Shown: positions 45,552 to 57,822, counted from the stretch's first letter. The stretch is DNA of 64,000 bases from Anaeramoeba ignava BMAN (GCA_028826165.1 JAPDFW010000066.1:62001-126000), one strand, 5' to 3'. The notes: a model not told the origin generated them from the sequence alone. Translations and numbers: made by a program.

Positions 45552-47019
45552 ATGTCAAAATCAAAATCAAAATCAAATTCAAATTCAATAGAAAATGAAG
45601 AATTTTTTTCTTTTGAATCAATTTCAAATGAAGATTCAAATTCAGATTCAAATTCAAATTCAAATTCAGATGAAAATTTAAATCAAAATCAAAATCAAAA
45701 TCAATTATTACAAAGTACAATGTTTATCAGTCAAAATCAAAATGAAATAAAGAAACATTCAAAAAAACAAAAAGATCCATTTTATCATTCAGATTCAGAA
45801 ACAGAAACAGAAACAAATTCAAATTCAGATTCAGATTCAAATTTAAATTTAAATGAAAATTCAATTTTTATAAAAAAACAAAATCAAGAATCAGAAGAAT
45901 TATTAGATAGTATTTATCAAAAAGTTTTAAATAAAAATGAATTAACAAAAGAAGATATTAATGAAAATTATGAATTATTTAATCAAGAAATTGAATCTCA
46001 AACAAAACAAATTGAAAGAGAAATTGAAGTATATAAAAAATTTTTAGATTCAACAATAGAAATAAATTCAGAAAAAGAAAATGAAAATCAAAATCAAAAT
46101 GAAAATGAAGATTTAATAAATTTTAATGATAATTTTTCAAATTCAAATTCAAATCCAAATCCAAATATAAAACAAGAAATTGAAGAATTTAGAAAAGAAC
46201 TTGAAAAAATACAAATTGAAAAAAACAAAATATTATCAAAAATTAAAAGAACAGAAGAAAAAAAGAAAGAATATGATAAAATCAAAAAAATGTTTTGGGA
46301 AAATAATTTAGATTTTCAATATCAAAAAAAAATACAAGAAGATGAATTAGTTTCTTTAAAACATAAAATTGAAAATGCAAAAGAATCACTTTCAGAATTT
46401 GAAAATTTAAATATTTTTGATATTGTTTTTAAATTGAATTTTGATAATAAAATTGCAAGTATAAATGATTATAGATTTGGGAAATTATCACAAAATGAAG
46501 TTAGTTGGCAAGAAATTAATACAGCTTGGGGATTAACAACATTATTTCTTTTTTCATTAGCTAAAAAATTAAATTATGAATTTATTAAGTAACTTTTTAA
46601 AAAAAAAGCAAAAAAAGCAAAAAAAAAAGTGGAACAAAAAAAATTTATTCTTTTTTTCTTTCAAAACAAAATTTATTTTATTTAGTTATCAAATTATTCC
46701 TTTTGGAGAAAAATCTTATATTCAAAAACCACAAAAAAAAGAAATTAAACCTCTTTATAAAGTTGGATCTAGATTTGGGAAATCTAATCCTTTTGAAGAA
46801 GGAATGGTTTGGTTTATTGAATGTGTTGATGAATTAGGAAATTTTTTGAAAAAAAAAGATTCAAAATTTAAATTTGAATTTTTAATTAAAGGAAATTATA
46901 TTGGAAATAAAACAATTAAAGATCATAAAAAATATGAAGAATGGACAAAAGCACTTAGTTATATTTTAAAAAATTTACAACAAATTTCTAATTGGTATTC
47001 AAATTATAGAGAAATGTGA
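45552..47019 (+). CDS. ATG6: Beclin-1/Atg6/Vps30 homologue (2 exons; intron 46589-46685)
   Basis: Coiled coil followed by the BARA-domain motif ASINDYRFGKL..EVSWQEINTAWGLTTLFL..LAKKLNYEFIN|YQIIPFGEKSYI...EEWTKAL. Confidence 0.92.
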
Positions 47020-47446
47020 ACAAATCTTATAAAAAAATTAAAATCAAATTATAAAGAAATTAAAATCAAATTAAAATCAAAATCAAAATTAAAATCAAAA
47101 TCAAAATCAAAATCAAAATCAAAATCAAATTAAAATCAAAATCAAAATCAAAATCAAAATAAAAATCAAAATTAAAATCAAAATTAAAATCAAAATCAAA
47201 ATTAAAATTAAAATTAAAATTAAAATTAAAATCAAAATCAAAATCAAAATTAAAATTAAAATTAAAATCAAAATCAAATTAAAATTAAAATCAAAATCAA
47301 AATCAAAATCAAAATCAAAATTAAAATTAAAATTAAAATTAAAATCAAAATCAAAATTAAAATTAAAATCAAAAATCAAAATCAAAATCAAAATAAAAAT
47401 CAAAATTAAAATCAAAATCAATTTTCATTTTAATTTTAAAAAATAG

Positions 47447-47565
47447 ATAATTAAAGGATTGAGATGTTTAAAAGAAAATGAAATTATTCATAGATATTTA
47501 AAACCTAAAATTATTCTTCATTCAATTAAATTATTATTCAAAATTTAGATATATAATTAATTTAT
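47447..47565 (+). pseudogene. Orphan, decayed kinase exon-3 fragment
   Basis: Follows an AAATCA array and an aatag acceptor. Translates KGLRCLKENEIIHRYLKPK.., homologous to array exon 3 ([17 protein letters not shown]), then decays. Confidence 0.75.
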
Positions 47566-47760
47566 AAAAATATTTAAATTGGAAAATGGATTTTTATTTA
47601 ATATATTTTCTTTAAATATTTATTTATGAAGATTAGATATAAAATTTATATTAAATTATTTATAAGAAATACACTTTTTTTGAATAAAATAATATCTAAA
47701 ATTTAATAATATAAATTTTTAAATTATAATTAAATGAATTATTTCTAAATATTATTTAAA

Positions 47761-47893
47761 AAATCTTTTTTGATTGATTTTTCCATTTTTTTCAAGTTAA
47801 AATAATTTTACCACACAAAAAAAAATCTTTTTGATTGATTTTTCCATTTTTTTCAAGTTAAAATAATTTTACCACGCAAAAAAAAATCTTTTT
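47761..47893 (+). repeat. Tandem duplication (~62 bp x2) directly upstream of the GT61 ATG
   Basis: aaatcttttttgattgatttttccattttt..caagttaaaataattttaccac occurs at 47761 and 47823. Confidence 0.85.
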
Positions 47894-47894
47894 A

Positions 47895-49271
47895 ATGAAT
47901 TTTTCAGAAAAGATAATTATAATTATTTTGTTATTTAGTGCTATTGTTGTGTTATTTCAAAGTAATTTTATTTGGGAAAAAGAAAAAGAAATAAACCAAG
48001 AAATAGAAATAAAAGAAAAAGAAAAAGAAAAAGAAAAAGAAAAAGAAAAAGAAATAGAAACAAATGGGAATGAAAATGAAACATTTAAACCAGCAATATT
48101 ACTAACTGAACTTTGGCAAGATCAAGTTGAAGATTTATCAACTAATTTAGTAACTTCATATATAACTGCAGATCAAGCAATTGCTCAATTTTCTAATTTT
48201 GCAAATTGGGCACTTAATAAACCACGTTCAGATTTAAAAATATCAAACGTTGAAGATCGTTTAAATTTAAATTGTCAAAAACAAGAAAAAAAAAATGTTA
48301 ATATGTTTGGAACAAATATTGAAGCAACAGGAAATCCAGAAGACCCAGTATTGTTTTATATTGAGGTTCCAAGGTTTGAATCTAATATCTATCATGCATT
48401 AGTTTTGGATTATTCAGCGAAAAAATTTTGGTGTGTAATGAATGAAGCTTTTTTCCAAAATCCGGCAAAAAATTATACAATTATGAGAAGACAAGATCAT
48501 GAAGATTCAAGAGACTCATATATGGAAGAACTTTTGGATCGAGTCTCAACAACGAAATGGGATCCTAAAAACAAATACAGCAAGATTATTGAAGTGGTAG
48601 CGAAAAAGGAGTTTTTGGTTGAATGTTGGGAATTTAGACCAAATACTTTAGTTGATAATACAGTTATTAAAATTGCACAAAAAATTGTCACTTTTTTTCC
48701 GCAAAAGAACCGTTCCATTTGTGGCGAATCTGGATGTGTTCTTCTGCTTCAAAGATGCGATGGATCAAGATTACTCTCTGATTACAAAACTGGATCCTTT
48801 ATCACAATAGCATCTGAATTATTAAAACGAGGAATTCCTGTTGAAATTGCGAATTTTTGTTCAACATCCGCTGCAAATCAAATTCAAGCTCTTCAGAGAG
48901 CTTCTGTTTTTGTTGGAGTTCATGGATCTGGATTGACAAATATGATTTGGTTAAGACCTAATACAACCCTTATTGAAATATCACTGAATTTTGGTTGGTG
49001 TTGTTTTGTTCCAGTTCCTGAAATTTATAGAGAATCTGTTTCTAATCCAAATCCTCAACCTTGTACTGATAAGTGTATTAAATATATGAAAGCAGATCAT
49101 TTTAATTTGGCAAAGAGGTTTAATATTAAATGGAGAGATTTTCATCCTTATTTTAGTACTCCTGTTTATAATGAAGGAGAAATTAATAGAAGAATGATTT
49201 TTGTTGATTCTGTTCTTCTTGCTGATCTTATTGAAGAAGAATATTATAAAAATCAAATCAAATCAAATTAA
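47895..49271 (+). CDS. Glycosyltransferase family 61 (DUF563; EOGT/POMGNT2/xylosyltransferase-like), type II membrane protein
   Basis: N-terminal signal anchor and stem, followed by the motif QIQALQRASVFVGVHGSGLTNMIWLRPNTTLIEI. Confidence 0.85.
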   Translation: MNFSEKIIIIILLFSAIVVLFQSNFIWEKEKEINQEIEIKEKEKEKEKEKEKEIETNGNENETFKPAILLTELWQDQVEDLSTNLVTSYITADQAIAQFSNFANWALNKPRSDLKISNVEDRLNLNCQKQEKKNVNMFGTNIEATGNPEDPVLFYIEVPRFESNIYHALVLDYSAKKFWCVMNEAFFQNPAKNYTIMRRQDHEDSRDSYMEELLDRVSTTKWDPKNKYSKIIEVVAKKEFLVECWEFRPNTLVDNTVIKIAQKIVTFFPQKNRSICGESGCVLLLQRCDGSRLLSDYKTGSFITIASELLKRGIPVEIANFCSTSAANQIQALQRASVFVGVHGSGLTNMIWLRPNTTLIEISLNFGWCCFVPVPEIYRESVSNPNPQPCTDKCIKYMKADHFNLAKRFNIKWRDFHPYFSTPVYNEGEINRRMIFVDSVLLADLIEEEYYKNQIKSN

Positions 49272-50381
49272 AATCAAATCAAAATTAAAATTAAAATCAA
49301 AATTCAAATCAAAATTAAAATCAAAATTAAAATCAAAATTAAAATCAAAATTAAAATCAAAATCAAAATCAAAATTAAAATTAAAATCAAAATTCAAAAT
49401 CAAAATCAAAATCAAAATCAAAATCAAAATTAAAAATCAAAATTAAAATCAAAATTAAAATCAAAAATTAAAATTAAAATTAAAATCAAAATTAAAAATT
49501 AAAAATCAAAATCAAAATCAAAAATCAAAATCAAAATCAAAATCAAAATCAAAATCAAAATTAAAATTAAAAATCAAAATCAAAATCAAAATCAAAAATC
49601 AAAATCAAAATCAAAATCAAAAAATCAAAATTAAAAATTAAAATTAAAATCAAAATTAAAATTAAAATTAAAAATCAAAATAAAAATTAAAAATCAAAAT
49701 CAAAATTAAAATTAAAATCAAAATTAAAAATCAAAATCAAAATCAATTTTCAAAATCAAAATAAAAATTAAAATCAAAAAATTAAAATCAAAATTAAAAT
49801 CAAAATCAAAATCAAAATTAAAAATCAAAATTAAAATGAAAAAAAAAATTAAAATTAAAAAATCAAAATTGAAAATAAAATCAGGGAATAAAAACAAATT
49901 AAAATCAAAATCAAAATCAAAATCAAAATCAAAATCAAAATCAAAATCAAAATTAAAATTAAAATTAAAATCAAAATTAAAATCAAAATCTAAAATCAAA
50001 ATCAAAATCAAAATTAAAATTAAAAATTAAAATCAAAATCAAAATCAAAATCAAAATCAAAATTAAAAATTAAAATCAAAATCAAAATCAAAATTAAAAT
50101 CAAAATTAAAATTAAAATCAAAATCAAAATCAAAATCAAAATTAAAATTAAAATTAAAATCAAAATTAAAATCAAAATCAAAATTAAAATCAAAATTAAA
50201 ATTAAAATTAAAATTAAAATTAAAATCAAAATTAAAATCAAAATTAAAATCAAAATCAAAATTAAAATTAAAATTAAAATTAAAATCAAAATTTATTTTC
50301 AAAATCGGATAAAAAATTAAAAATGTTTGAAAAAATTTTTATTGTTTTTTATTATTGAGAAAAGAAAAGAAAAGAAAAGAA

Positions 50382-50822
50382 TTAATTGTTTATGATTGCT
50401 AATAAATCTGATTGATAAAAAAGTAAGTAATCTTTACCGAAAGAATTTAATTGAATACCACCATAATCAGGAATTAAAACAGTATCACCTTTTTTAACAA
50501 TCATTGGAATTCTTTTTCCTTCTTGATTAACTTTTCCATCACCAACACTACAAACTATTGCTTCTTGACTGTTTTTTACCATTGAATCAGGTACATAAAT
50601 TCCTGATTCGGTTTTTGATTGTGTTTCTTTTCTTTTTACTAAAACTCGATCAAATAATGGTTTAAATCCTTCTATAATTTCATTTTGTTTCGTTGAAAAA
50701 CTTTTAATTATATTTGTTGTTTGATTTGTTACTACTTTATATAATTTAAACTTGTATTTTTTTTTGTATTTTTAATTTTTAATTTTTATTTTCAAATTTT
50801 CTTTTATTTTTCTTTTTACCAT
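50382..50822 (-). CDS. CPN10: Chaperonin 10 (Hsp10/GroES) with N-terminal extension; exons 50820-50822 (ATG) and 50382-50750
   Basis: Intron 50751-50819 (GTAAAA..CAAG on the minus strand). Protein: MFKLYKVVTNQTTNIIKSFSTKQNEIIEGFKPLFDRVLVKRKETQSKTESGIYVPDS..VGDG..VKKGDTVLIPDYGG..DLLAII. Confidence 0.93.
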
Positions 50823-51183
50823 TTCTTTTTCTTTTTATAATAAAAATTTTTGAAAAGAAAAAAATGAAAAAATTAATTTCAAAAAAAATATTTTTTCCGA
50901 TTTTAATTAAGATTAAAATTAAAATTAAAATTAAAATCAAAATTAAAATTAAATTTAAAATTAAAATTAAAAATTAAAATTAAAATTAAAATTAAAATTA
51001 AAATTAAAATTAAAATCAAAATTAAAATTAAAATTAAAATTAAAATTAAAATTAAAATTAAAATTAAAATTAAAATTAAAATTAAAATTAAAATCAAAAT
51101 TAAAATTAAAATTAAAATTAAAATCAAAATTAAATTTAAAATTAAAATTAAAATTCAAATTAAAATCAAAAATTGGAAATAAA

Positions 51184-51409
51184 TTTTGTTCTCTTTTGTT
51201 TTTGTTTTAATTTTTTAAAAATGAAGAAAATTGAAAAAAAAGGAAAAGAAGAAAAAGAAAAAGTGGAATTTTTTTGACAAAGAATTTAAGTAAAAATTTG
51301 AATTTGAATTTGAATTTGAATTTGAAAATGGAATTAATAATCTTTTTTTTCTCTTGAATTTTGAATTTTAAATTGAATTTTGAATTGAATTTTGAAAAAT
51401 TATTTAAAG
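51184..51409 (+). repeat. Direct repeat copy A (~220 bp) flanking the FG-GAP gene
   Basis: Similar to 52968-53179 (ttttgttctcttttg..aaaagtggaattttttga..gaatttaagtaaaaatttgaatttg..gaaatggaattaataatctttttt..aattatttaaag). Confidence 0.85.
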
Positions 51410-52789
51410 TTCTTTTTCAGATTTTAAATCATATTCAATTTTTGATTGATTTTGTGAATTATTTTGTTTTTGATTAAACAAATAAACTCTACCTTTATGT
51501 GAATAAATTTTTGGAGCACTAATTACTAAATAATTATCTGAAATTAAAACAGTAAATCCAAACGAATAATTTTCTTCTCCATCATTTGCAGTTAACATTT
51601 GGATTTGATTCCATTTATTTTCATTTTGATTTTTTTGGAAAATATAAACTTTGCCTTGCTCTTCATTATCACCAACTTTTGCATAAGGAGCTCCAATTAA
51701 AAGAATATTCTCATCATTGGAAATTGAAATACTAAATCCAAGCCGATCATTTTCTTTCCCATTATTTGCAGTTAACATTTGGATTTGATTCCATTCATTT
51801 TCATTTTCATTTTTTTGGAAAATATAAACTTTGCCTTGTTCTTTATTATCTCCAACTTTTGCATAAGGAGCTCCAATTAAAAGAATATTATCATCATTGG
51901 AAATTGAAATACTAACTCCAAAATGATCATTTTGTTTCCCATTATTTGCAGTTAAAATTTGGATTTGATTCCATTCATTTTCATTTTCATTTTTTTGGAA
52001 AATATAAACTTTTCCTTGTTCTTCATTATCTCCAACTTTTGCATAAGGAGCTCCAATTAAAAGAATATTATCATCATTGGAAATTGAAATACTCCATCCA
52101 AATAAATTATATTCTTTCCCATCATTTGCAGTTAATATTTGGATTTTATTCCATTTATTTTCATTTTGATTTTTTTGGAAAATATAAACTTTTCCTTGTT
52201 CTTCATTATCTCCAACTTTTGCACCAGGAGCTCCAATTAAAAGAATATTATCATCTTTGGAAATTGAAATACTCTCTCCAAATAAATCATTTTGTTTCCC
52301 ATCATTTGCAGTTAAAATTTGGATTTGATTCCATTTATTTTCATTTTCATTTTTTTGGAAAATATAAACTTTTCCTTGTTCTTTATTATTTCCAACTTTT
52401 GCTCGAGGAGCTCCAATTAAAAGAATATTCTCATCTTTGGAAATTGAAATACTCCATCCAAACCAATCATTTTCTTCTTCATCATTTGCAGTTAATATTT
52501 GGATTTGATTCCATTTATTTTCATTTTCATTTTTTTGGAAAATATAAGCTTTGCCTTGTTCTTTATTATTCTCAAATATTGCACCAGGAGCTCCAATTAA
52601 AAGAATATTCTCATCTTTGGAAATTGAAATACTAAATCCAAATAAATCATTTTCTTTCCAATCATTTGCAGTTAACATTTGGATTTGATTCCATTTATTT
52701 TCATTTTGATTTTTTTGAGTTGAAAAAAGAAAAATTAATAATAAAATTAAGAATTGAATAAAGAAAGTTGATTTTTGAATTGTTTTCAT
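51404..52789 (-). CDS. Secreted FG-GAP repeat (integrin-alpha-like beta-propeller) protein, 461 aa
   Basis: The likely start MKTIQK at 52789 is followed by a hydrophobic signal. It has about 7 repeats of 60 aa/180 bp (LTANDG..D.FG.SISIS..ILLIGAP..EQGKVYIF) and ends in EKEL. Confidence 0.88.
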   Translation of the reverse strand: MKTIQKSTFFIQFLILLLIFLFSTQKNQNENKWNQIQMLTANDWKENDLFGFSISISKDENILLIGAPGAIFENNKEQGKAYIFQKNENENKWNQIQILTANDEEENDWFGWSISISKDENILLIGAPRAKVGNNKEQGKVYIFQKNENENKWNQIQILTANDGKQNDLFGESISISKDDNILLIGAPGAKVGDNEEQGKVYIFQKNQNENKWNKIQILTANDGKEYNLFGWSISISNDDNILLIGAPYAKVGDNEEQGKVYIFQKNENENEWNQIQILTANNGKQNDHFGVSISISNDDNILLIGAPYAKVGDNKEQGKVYIFQKNENENEWNQIQMLTANNGKENDRLGFSISISNDENILLIGAPYAKVGDNEEQGKVYIFQKNQNENKWNQIQMLTANDGEENYSFGFTVLISDNYLVISAPKIYSHKGRVYLFNQKQNNSQNQSKIEYDLKSEKEL

Positions 52790-52967
52790 TTTGTTTTTAA
52801 ATTTATTATTATTATTATTAAAAAATTTTGAAAAGAAAAAAATGAAAAAAAAATGAAAAAAAAAATTTATTTTTAAATTCAAAAAAAGGAAAAAAAAAGG
52901 AAAAAAAGGAAAAAAAAAAAGTGGAAAAAAAAAAAGGATAAAAAAAAGTGGAATCTTTTTATTTAGA

Positions 52968-53179
52968 TTTTGTTCTCTTTTGTTTTAATTTTTTAAAATT
53001 GAAAAAAAAAGAAAAAGAAAAAAAAAGAAAAAGTGGAATTTTTTTGATAAAGAATTTAAGTAAAAATTTGAATTTGAATTTGGATTTGAATTTGAATTTG
53101 GATTTGGAAATGGAATTAATAATCTTTTTTTTCTCTTTAATTTTGAATTTTATTTTGAATTTTAAATAATTATTTAAAG
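52968..53179 (+). repeat. Direct repeat copy B (~210 bp) flanking the FG-GAP gene
   Basis: Similar to 51184-51409, in the same orientation. Confidence 0.85.
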
Positions 53180-53555
53180 AGATTAAATTTATAAATAATT
53201 TCAAAAAAAAAAATTCTAAAATTTGTTTTCAATTCAATTCATCTTTTGAATTCATTTTTTGTAAATTTTGGAAATAAAATTTGAATAAAAAAATAAAATA
53301 AAACAAATTTCAATTTAATTTGAAAAAGTAAATACAATTTATTATTGAAATTTTGTTTTTTAAAAAAAATATAAAATTTTTAAATTATTTTTATTTAAAA
53401 TAATAAATAAATAATTTTATTTAAATTAAAATAAATAATATTTCCAAATTATTTTTAAATTAAAACGATTAAAATTTAAAAAATAATTTTAATTTAAATT
53501 TTTTTCATTTTTTTTTTCATTTTTTTCCTTTTTCCTTTTTAATAAAAAAACAAAA

Positions 53556-54920
53556 ATGGTATTAAATTAATTAACATTTTAACAATTAAATTTTATAATT
53601 AAATTATTTTATAATTATTTTATAATTATTTTATAATTATTTTATAATTATTTTAGATTCGTTTTTTTTTGATTCAAAATAGACAAGGTCAAACTAGATT
53701 ATCAAGATGGTATGTTCCTTATGAAGATGAAGAGAAAACTAAATTAACAACAGAAATTCATAAACTTGTTTCTCATAGAGAAGCAAAAGGTTTAACAAAT
53801 TTTGCTGAAGTATTTATAAATTTATTTATAATTAAAATTCCAAATTAAAATTAAAATTAAAATTAAAATTAAAATTAAAATTCAAAATTAAAATTAAAAT
53901 TAATATTAAAATTAAAATTAAAATTAAAATTAAAATTAAAATTAAAATTAAAATTAAAATTAAAATTAAAATTAAAATTAAAATTAAAATTAAAATTAAA
54001 ATTAAAATTAAAATTAAAATTAAAATTAAAATTAAATTTAAAATTAAAATCAAAATTAAAATTAAAATTAAAATAAAATTCAAAATTAAAATTCCAAATT
54101 AAAATTAAAATTAAAAATTAAAATTAAAATTAAAATTCCAAATTAAAATTAAATTTAAAATTAAAATTAAAATTAAAATTAAAATTAAAAATTAAAATTA
54201 AAATTAAAATCAAAATCAAAATTAAAATCCAAAATTAAAATTCCAAATTAAAATCAAAATTAAAATTAAAATTAAAATTAAAATTAAAATTTAAATTAAA
54301 AATTAAAATTAAAATTAAAATTAAAATTAAAAAATTAAAATTAAAATTAAAATCCAAAATTAAAATTAAAATTAAAATTAAAATTAAAATTTAAATCAAT
54401 ATTAAAATTAAAATTAAAATTAAAATTAAAATTAAAATTAAAATTAAAATTAAAATTAAAATTAAAAAAGTATCGAACATATAAAGTTATTTATAGAAGA
54501 TACGCTGGATTATATTTTGTTATGTGTGTTGATACAACAGATAATGAACTTTCAATATTGGAATCAATTCATTTATTTGTTGAGGTTAATTTCATTCCAA
54601 AAATTTAATTATTTATAAAAAAAAATTAATTAAAACTTTTTTATAAAAAAAAAAGGTTTTAGATTCTTATTTTAAAGATGTTTGTGAACTTGATATAGTT
54701 TTTAATTTCTGGAAGGTAAATTAATTAGAATTTATTTAGAAGAACAAAGAAATATTAACAAAAATATATTCATTTTGATTTTATTATTCATTTTCAATTA
54801 AAAAAAAACTTTTATTAGTGTTATACTGCAATGGATGAAATGTTTTTAACAGGTGAAATTCAAGAAACAAGTAGACAAGTTATTAGAGCAAGACTTGACC
54901 AATTAGACAAATTGGATTGA
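53556..54920 (+). CDS. AP2S1: AP-2 complex sigma subunit (5 exons; missed by ORF track)
   Basis: Exons 53556-53558, 53657-53809, 54471-54584, 54656-54715 and 54819-54920. Protein: M|[32 protein letters not shown]|[24 protein letters not shown]|[20 protein letters not shown]|[23 protein letters not shown]. Confidence 0.95.
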
Positions 54921-55128
54921 TTAACATCTTTATCTTATTAATAACATTTAAATCCCTTTTTCATTGAATTTAAAACTTTATCAAATCAAAAATCAAAAAT
55001 TTTACTTTTAATTTTAATAATTCAATTATGTTCTTTTTCTATTAAAAATTTTCTTCTATTTTTTCTTTCTTTTTGATAACGAAGAAAAAGAAATTAATTT
55101 TCAAAATTAAAAACAATTAAATTAAAAA

Positions 55129-56772
55129 TCAATTCTTTCTTTTTGAAGGTTTTTCTAAATTTCCATCTCCTCCTCTTCTATAATTATATAAATATTTTTG
55201 TTGAATTTTCTTTTTTTCTTTTTCTTCTTCTTCTTTTTCTTTTTCTTTTTGATTTTCTTTTTGATTTTTGAATTGATTTTCCAAATTATCATTCTTATTT
55301 GATTTTGGAAATAGAAAATTATTCTCTTGAATACTATATTTTTCATCTTTAAGATAAGTAGTATCTTGATCAGTTAAATGAGTCCATTTTGATCTTCCTT
55401 TTTTCCCCATATTTTTAACTTGCAAAACTTTTGGAAGAAGTGATTTATCAAAAATATCTCTTTCAGTTGGAGCTGAAATATCCCTTTGGATAATTGGATT
55501 ATCTTCATCTTGGAAAAACACTCCTTTGTGGCGATAAACTTGAAGAAAAGCCCATTTTTGTTTTTCTTTTTGCTTTGCAAACTTTCCAATTTCCAATTTT
55601 TCATCTTCTTTTAATTTTTCTTCTTCATTCATTTTTCTTCTTCTTTTTATCTCTAATTGCTCTCTTTTATATGAAGTTTCCTCTTCTTTTTCTTTTTTGA
55701 TTCTTAAAAGCTCGCGAATTTTCCATTTTTCTTTTTCTTCTTCTTGATTAAATAATTCATCTTTATCAATAAAAAAATTTTCTTGTTGATAATTTCCATT
55801 TTCATCTTCTCCTCCTTTTTTTTCTCTTAAATCTTCTGCTTCTAATAGTGATTCAACTTGCTTTTGAACTTCTATTTTTCTTTCATTTTCTCTTTCTTGT
55901 TTTCTTTTCAATTCTTCTTCTTCTTGTTTTTCTATTTCTTCTATTGAAGGTTGTTGACGTTCTTCTTTTTTCTTAAAAATTGGTTTGAAATTTTTAAATA
56001 ATGAATTTTTTTCATCATCAGAATCAGAATCAGAATCAGAATCATAAGATATTATTTCATTTTCTGATTCTATTTTTTGTTCAAATTCGAATTCGAATTC
56101 CATTTTATTTTGATTATTTTTTTCTTCTTTTTCTTGCAAAAGAATATTTTCAATATCTATATCAACATTTTTATTTAATAATTGATTTTCAATTTTATTT
56201 TTAAATTGATTTTGTTTTTGAATTTGATTTTCATTTTTAAATTGATTTTGATTTTGATTTTGAATTTTAAATTGATTTTCATTTTTAAATTGATTTTGAT
56301 TTTGATTTTGATTTTCATTTTTAAATTGATTTTTATTTTCATTTTTAAATTGATTTTTATTTTCATTTTGATTTTCATTTTGATTTTCAGGTTTTTTAAT
56401 AATTGTTGCTTTATGTATTTTTCTTCCATGTTTTACTTCTGTTTTTTTTATATTCTCAACTTCAGATCTTTTTATATTATCATCTTCATTTTGAATATTT
56501 ATTTCATTTTGTTTTTTATTTTCTTCAATTTTTTTATTTTCTGAAGAAAATTTTTGAAGTCTAAGTAAACGTGAATCAATTTTTTTTAATTTTTCTTTTT
56601 CTTCTTTTTCTTCTTCTTCTTTTATTAATTTTTTTTCCTTAATTCTTTCTTGATTTATTTTTTCGGTTTTATTTCCTTGATTTTTTGATTCTTTTTGATT
56701 TGAATTTTGTGCAAAATCAGGTATTCTTCCTGCAAAATATCTTATTTTTTTAATTGGTTTATTTTTATTCAT
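55129..56772 (-). CDS. MFAP1: MFAP1 (spliceosomal B-complex protein)
   Basis: N-terminal [11 protein letters not shown] and C-terminal [62 protein letters not shown]. Confidence 0.93.
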   Translation of the reverse strand: MNKNKPIKKIRYFAGRIPDFAQNSNQKESKNQGNKTEKINQERIKEKKLIKEEEEKEEKEKLKKIDSRLLRLQKFSSENKKIEENKKQNEINIQNEDDNIKRSEVENIKKTEVKHGRKIHKATIIKKPENQNENQNENKNQFKNENKNQFKNENQNQNQNQFKNENQFKIQNQNQNQFKNENQIQKQNQFKNKIENQLLNKNVDIDIENILLQEKEEKNNQNKMEFEFEFEQKIESENEIISYDSDSDSDSDDEKNSLFKNFKPIFKKKEERQQPSIEEIEKQEEEELKRKQERENERKIEVQKQVESLLEAEDLREKKGGEDENGNYQQENFFIDKDELFNQEEEKEKWKIRELLRIKKEKEEETSYKREQLEIKRRRKMNEEEKLKEDEKLEIGKFAKQKEKQKWAFLQVYRHKGVFFQDEDNPIIQRDISAPTERDIFDKSLLPKVLQVKNMGKKGRSKWTHLTDQDTTYLKDEKYSIQENNFLFPKSNKNDNLENQFKNQKENQKEKEKEEEEKEKKKIQQKYLYNYRRGGDGNLEKPSKRKN

Positions 56773-56819
56773 TTTATTTATTTAACAACAAAAAATTGAA
56801 AAGAAAAAAAATGAAAAAA

Positions 56820-57612
56820 TGGAATAAGTTTAATTTAATATTTAATTTATAAATTAATTTAAAAATATAATTTAATATTTAATTTTATTATTAAAATAAT
56901 AATTTATTGTTTTAGATTTAAATATTTTATTATTTAAATATTTAACATATAAATATAAAAAATGGGAATAGATTTGAATTTAATATTAATTTGAAATTAA
57001 TTTTTATTTTATATTTATAAATAAAATTAATACACAAAATATATTATTATTAATTAATTTTTGATATTTAATTAATAAAATATTTTAATTAATTTTATAA
57101 AAGAATGGAAATAGATTTAATTTAATATTAATTTGGAATTAATTTTTATTTTATATTTATAAATAAAATTAATTATTAGAAATATATTTTTATTAATTAA
57201 TTTTTGATATTTAATTAATAAAATATTTTTAATTAATTTTATAAAAAGAATGGGAATAGATTTAAATTAAATATTAATTTGAAATTAATTTTTATTTTAT
57301 ATTTATAAATAAAATTAATTATTAGAAATATATTTTTATTAATTAATTTTTGATATTTAATTAATAAAATATTTTAATTAATTTTATAAAAAGAATGGAA
57401 ATAGATTTGAATTTAATATTAATTTGGAATTAATTTTTATTTTATATTTATAAATAAAATTAATACACAAAATATATTTTTATTAATTAATTTTTTGATA
57501 TTTAATTAATAAAATATTTTAATTAATTTTATAAACAAAATGAAAATAGATTTAAATTAAATATTAATTTGAAATTAATTTTTATTTTATATTTATAAAT
57601 AAAATTAATACT
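56820..57612. repeat. AT-rich minisatellite: one unit of type A, then ~4.5 units of type B (~145 bp)
   Basis: aatgg(g/a)aatagattt recurs at ~56961, 57103, 57248, 57393 and 57538. Confidence 0.88.
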
Positions 57613-57822
57613 AAAAAATGGGATAAATAAATGGAAAAAATTTAAATAAAAAATAAAAAGAAATTTTTTCGAATGAAAAAAAAAATTTTAACAAAAAATT
57701 TAAATTAAAAAATAAAATAAAAATAAAAAGAAAAAATTTAATTAATTTTATTTTCATTCTTTTTCTTTTTTAATAATTTTTTATTATTTTAAATTTAAAT
57801 TTTTTAAAAACAAAAAAACAAA

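Noticed and set aside
51946-52635. 229-aa plus-strand ORF
   Set aside because: It is the antisense shadow of the repetitive FG-GAP gene.
51540-52720. Regular 180-bp repeats resembling a CRISPR or DGR-like array
   Set aside because: They are in-frame protein repeats (FG-GAP) without unique spacers, and no cas or reverse transcriptase gene is in the window.
52790-52882. Upstream extension of the FG-GAP ORF given by the ORF track
   Set aside because: It has a non-ATG start running through T-rich initiator-like sequence. The ATG at 52789 gives a proper signal peptide.
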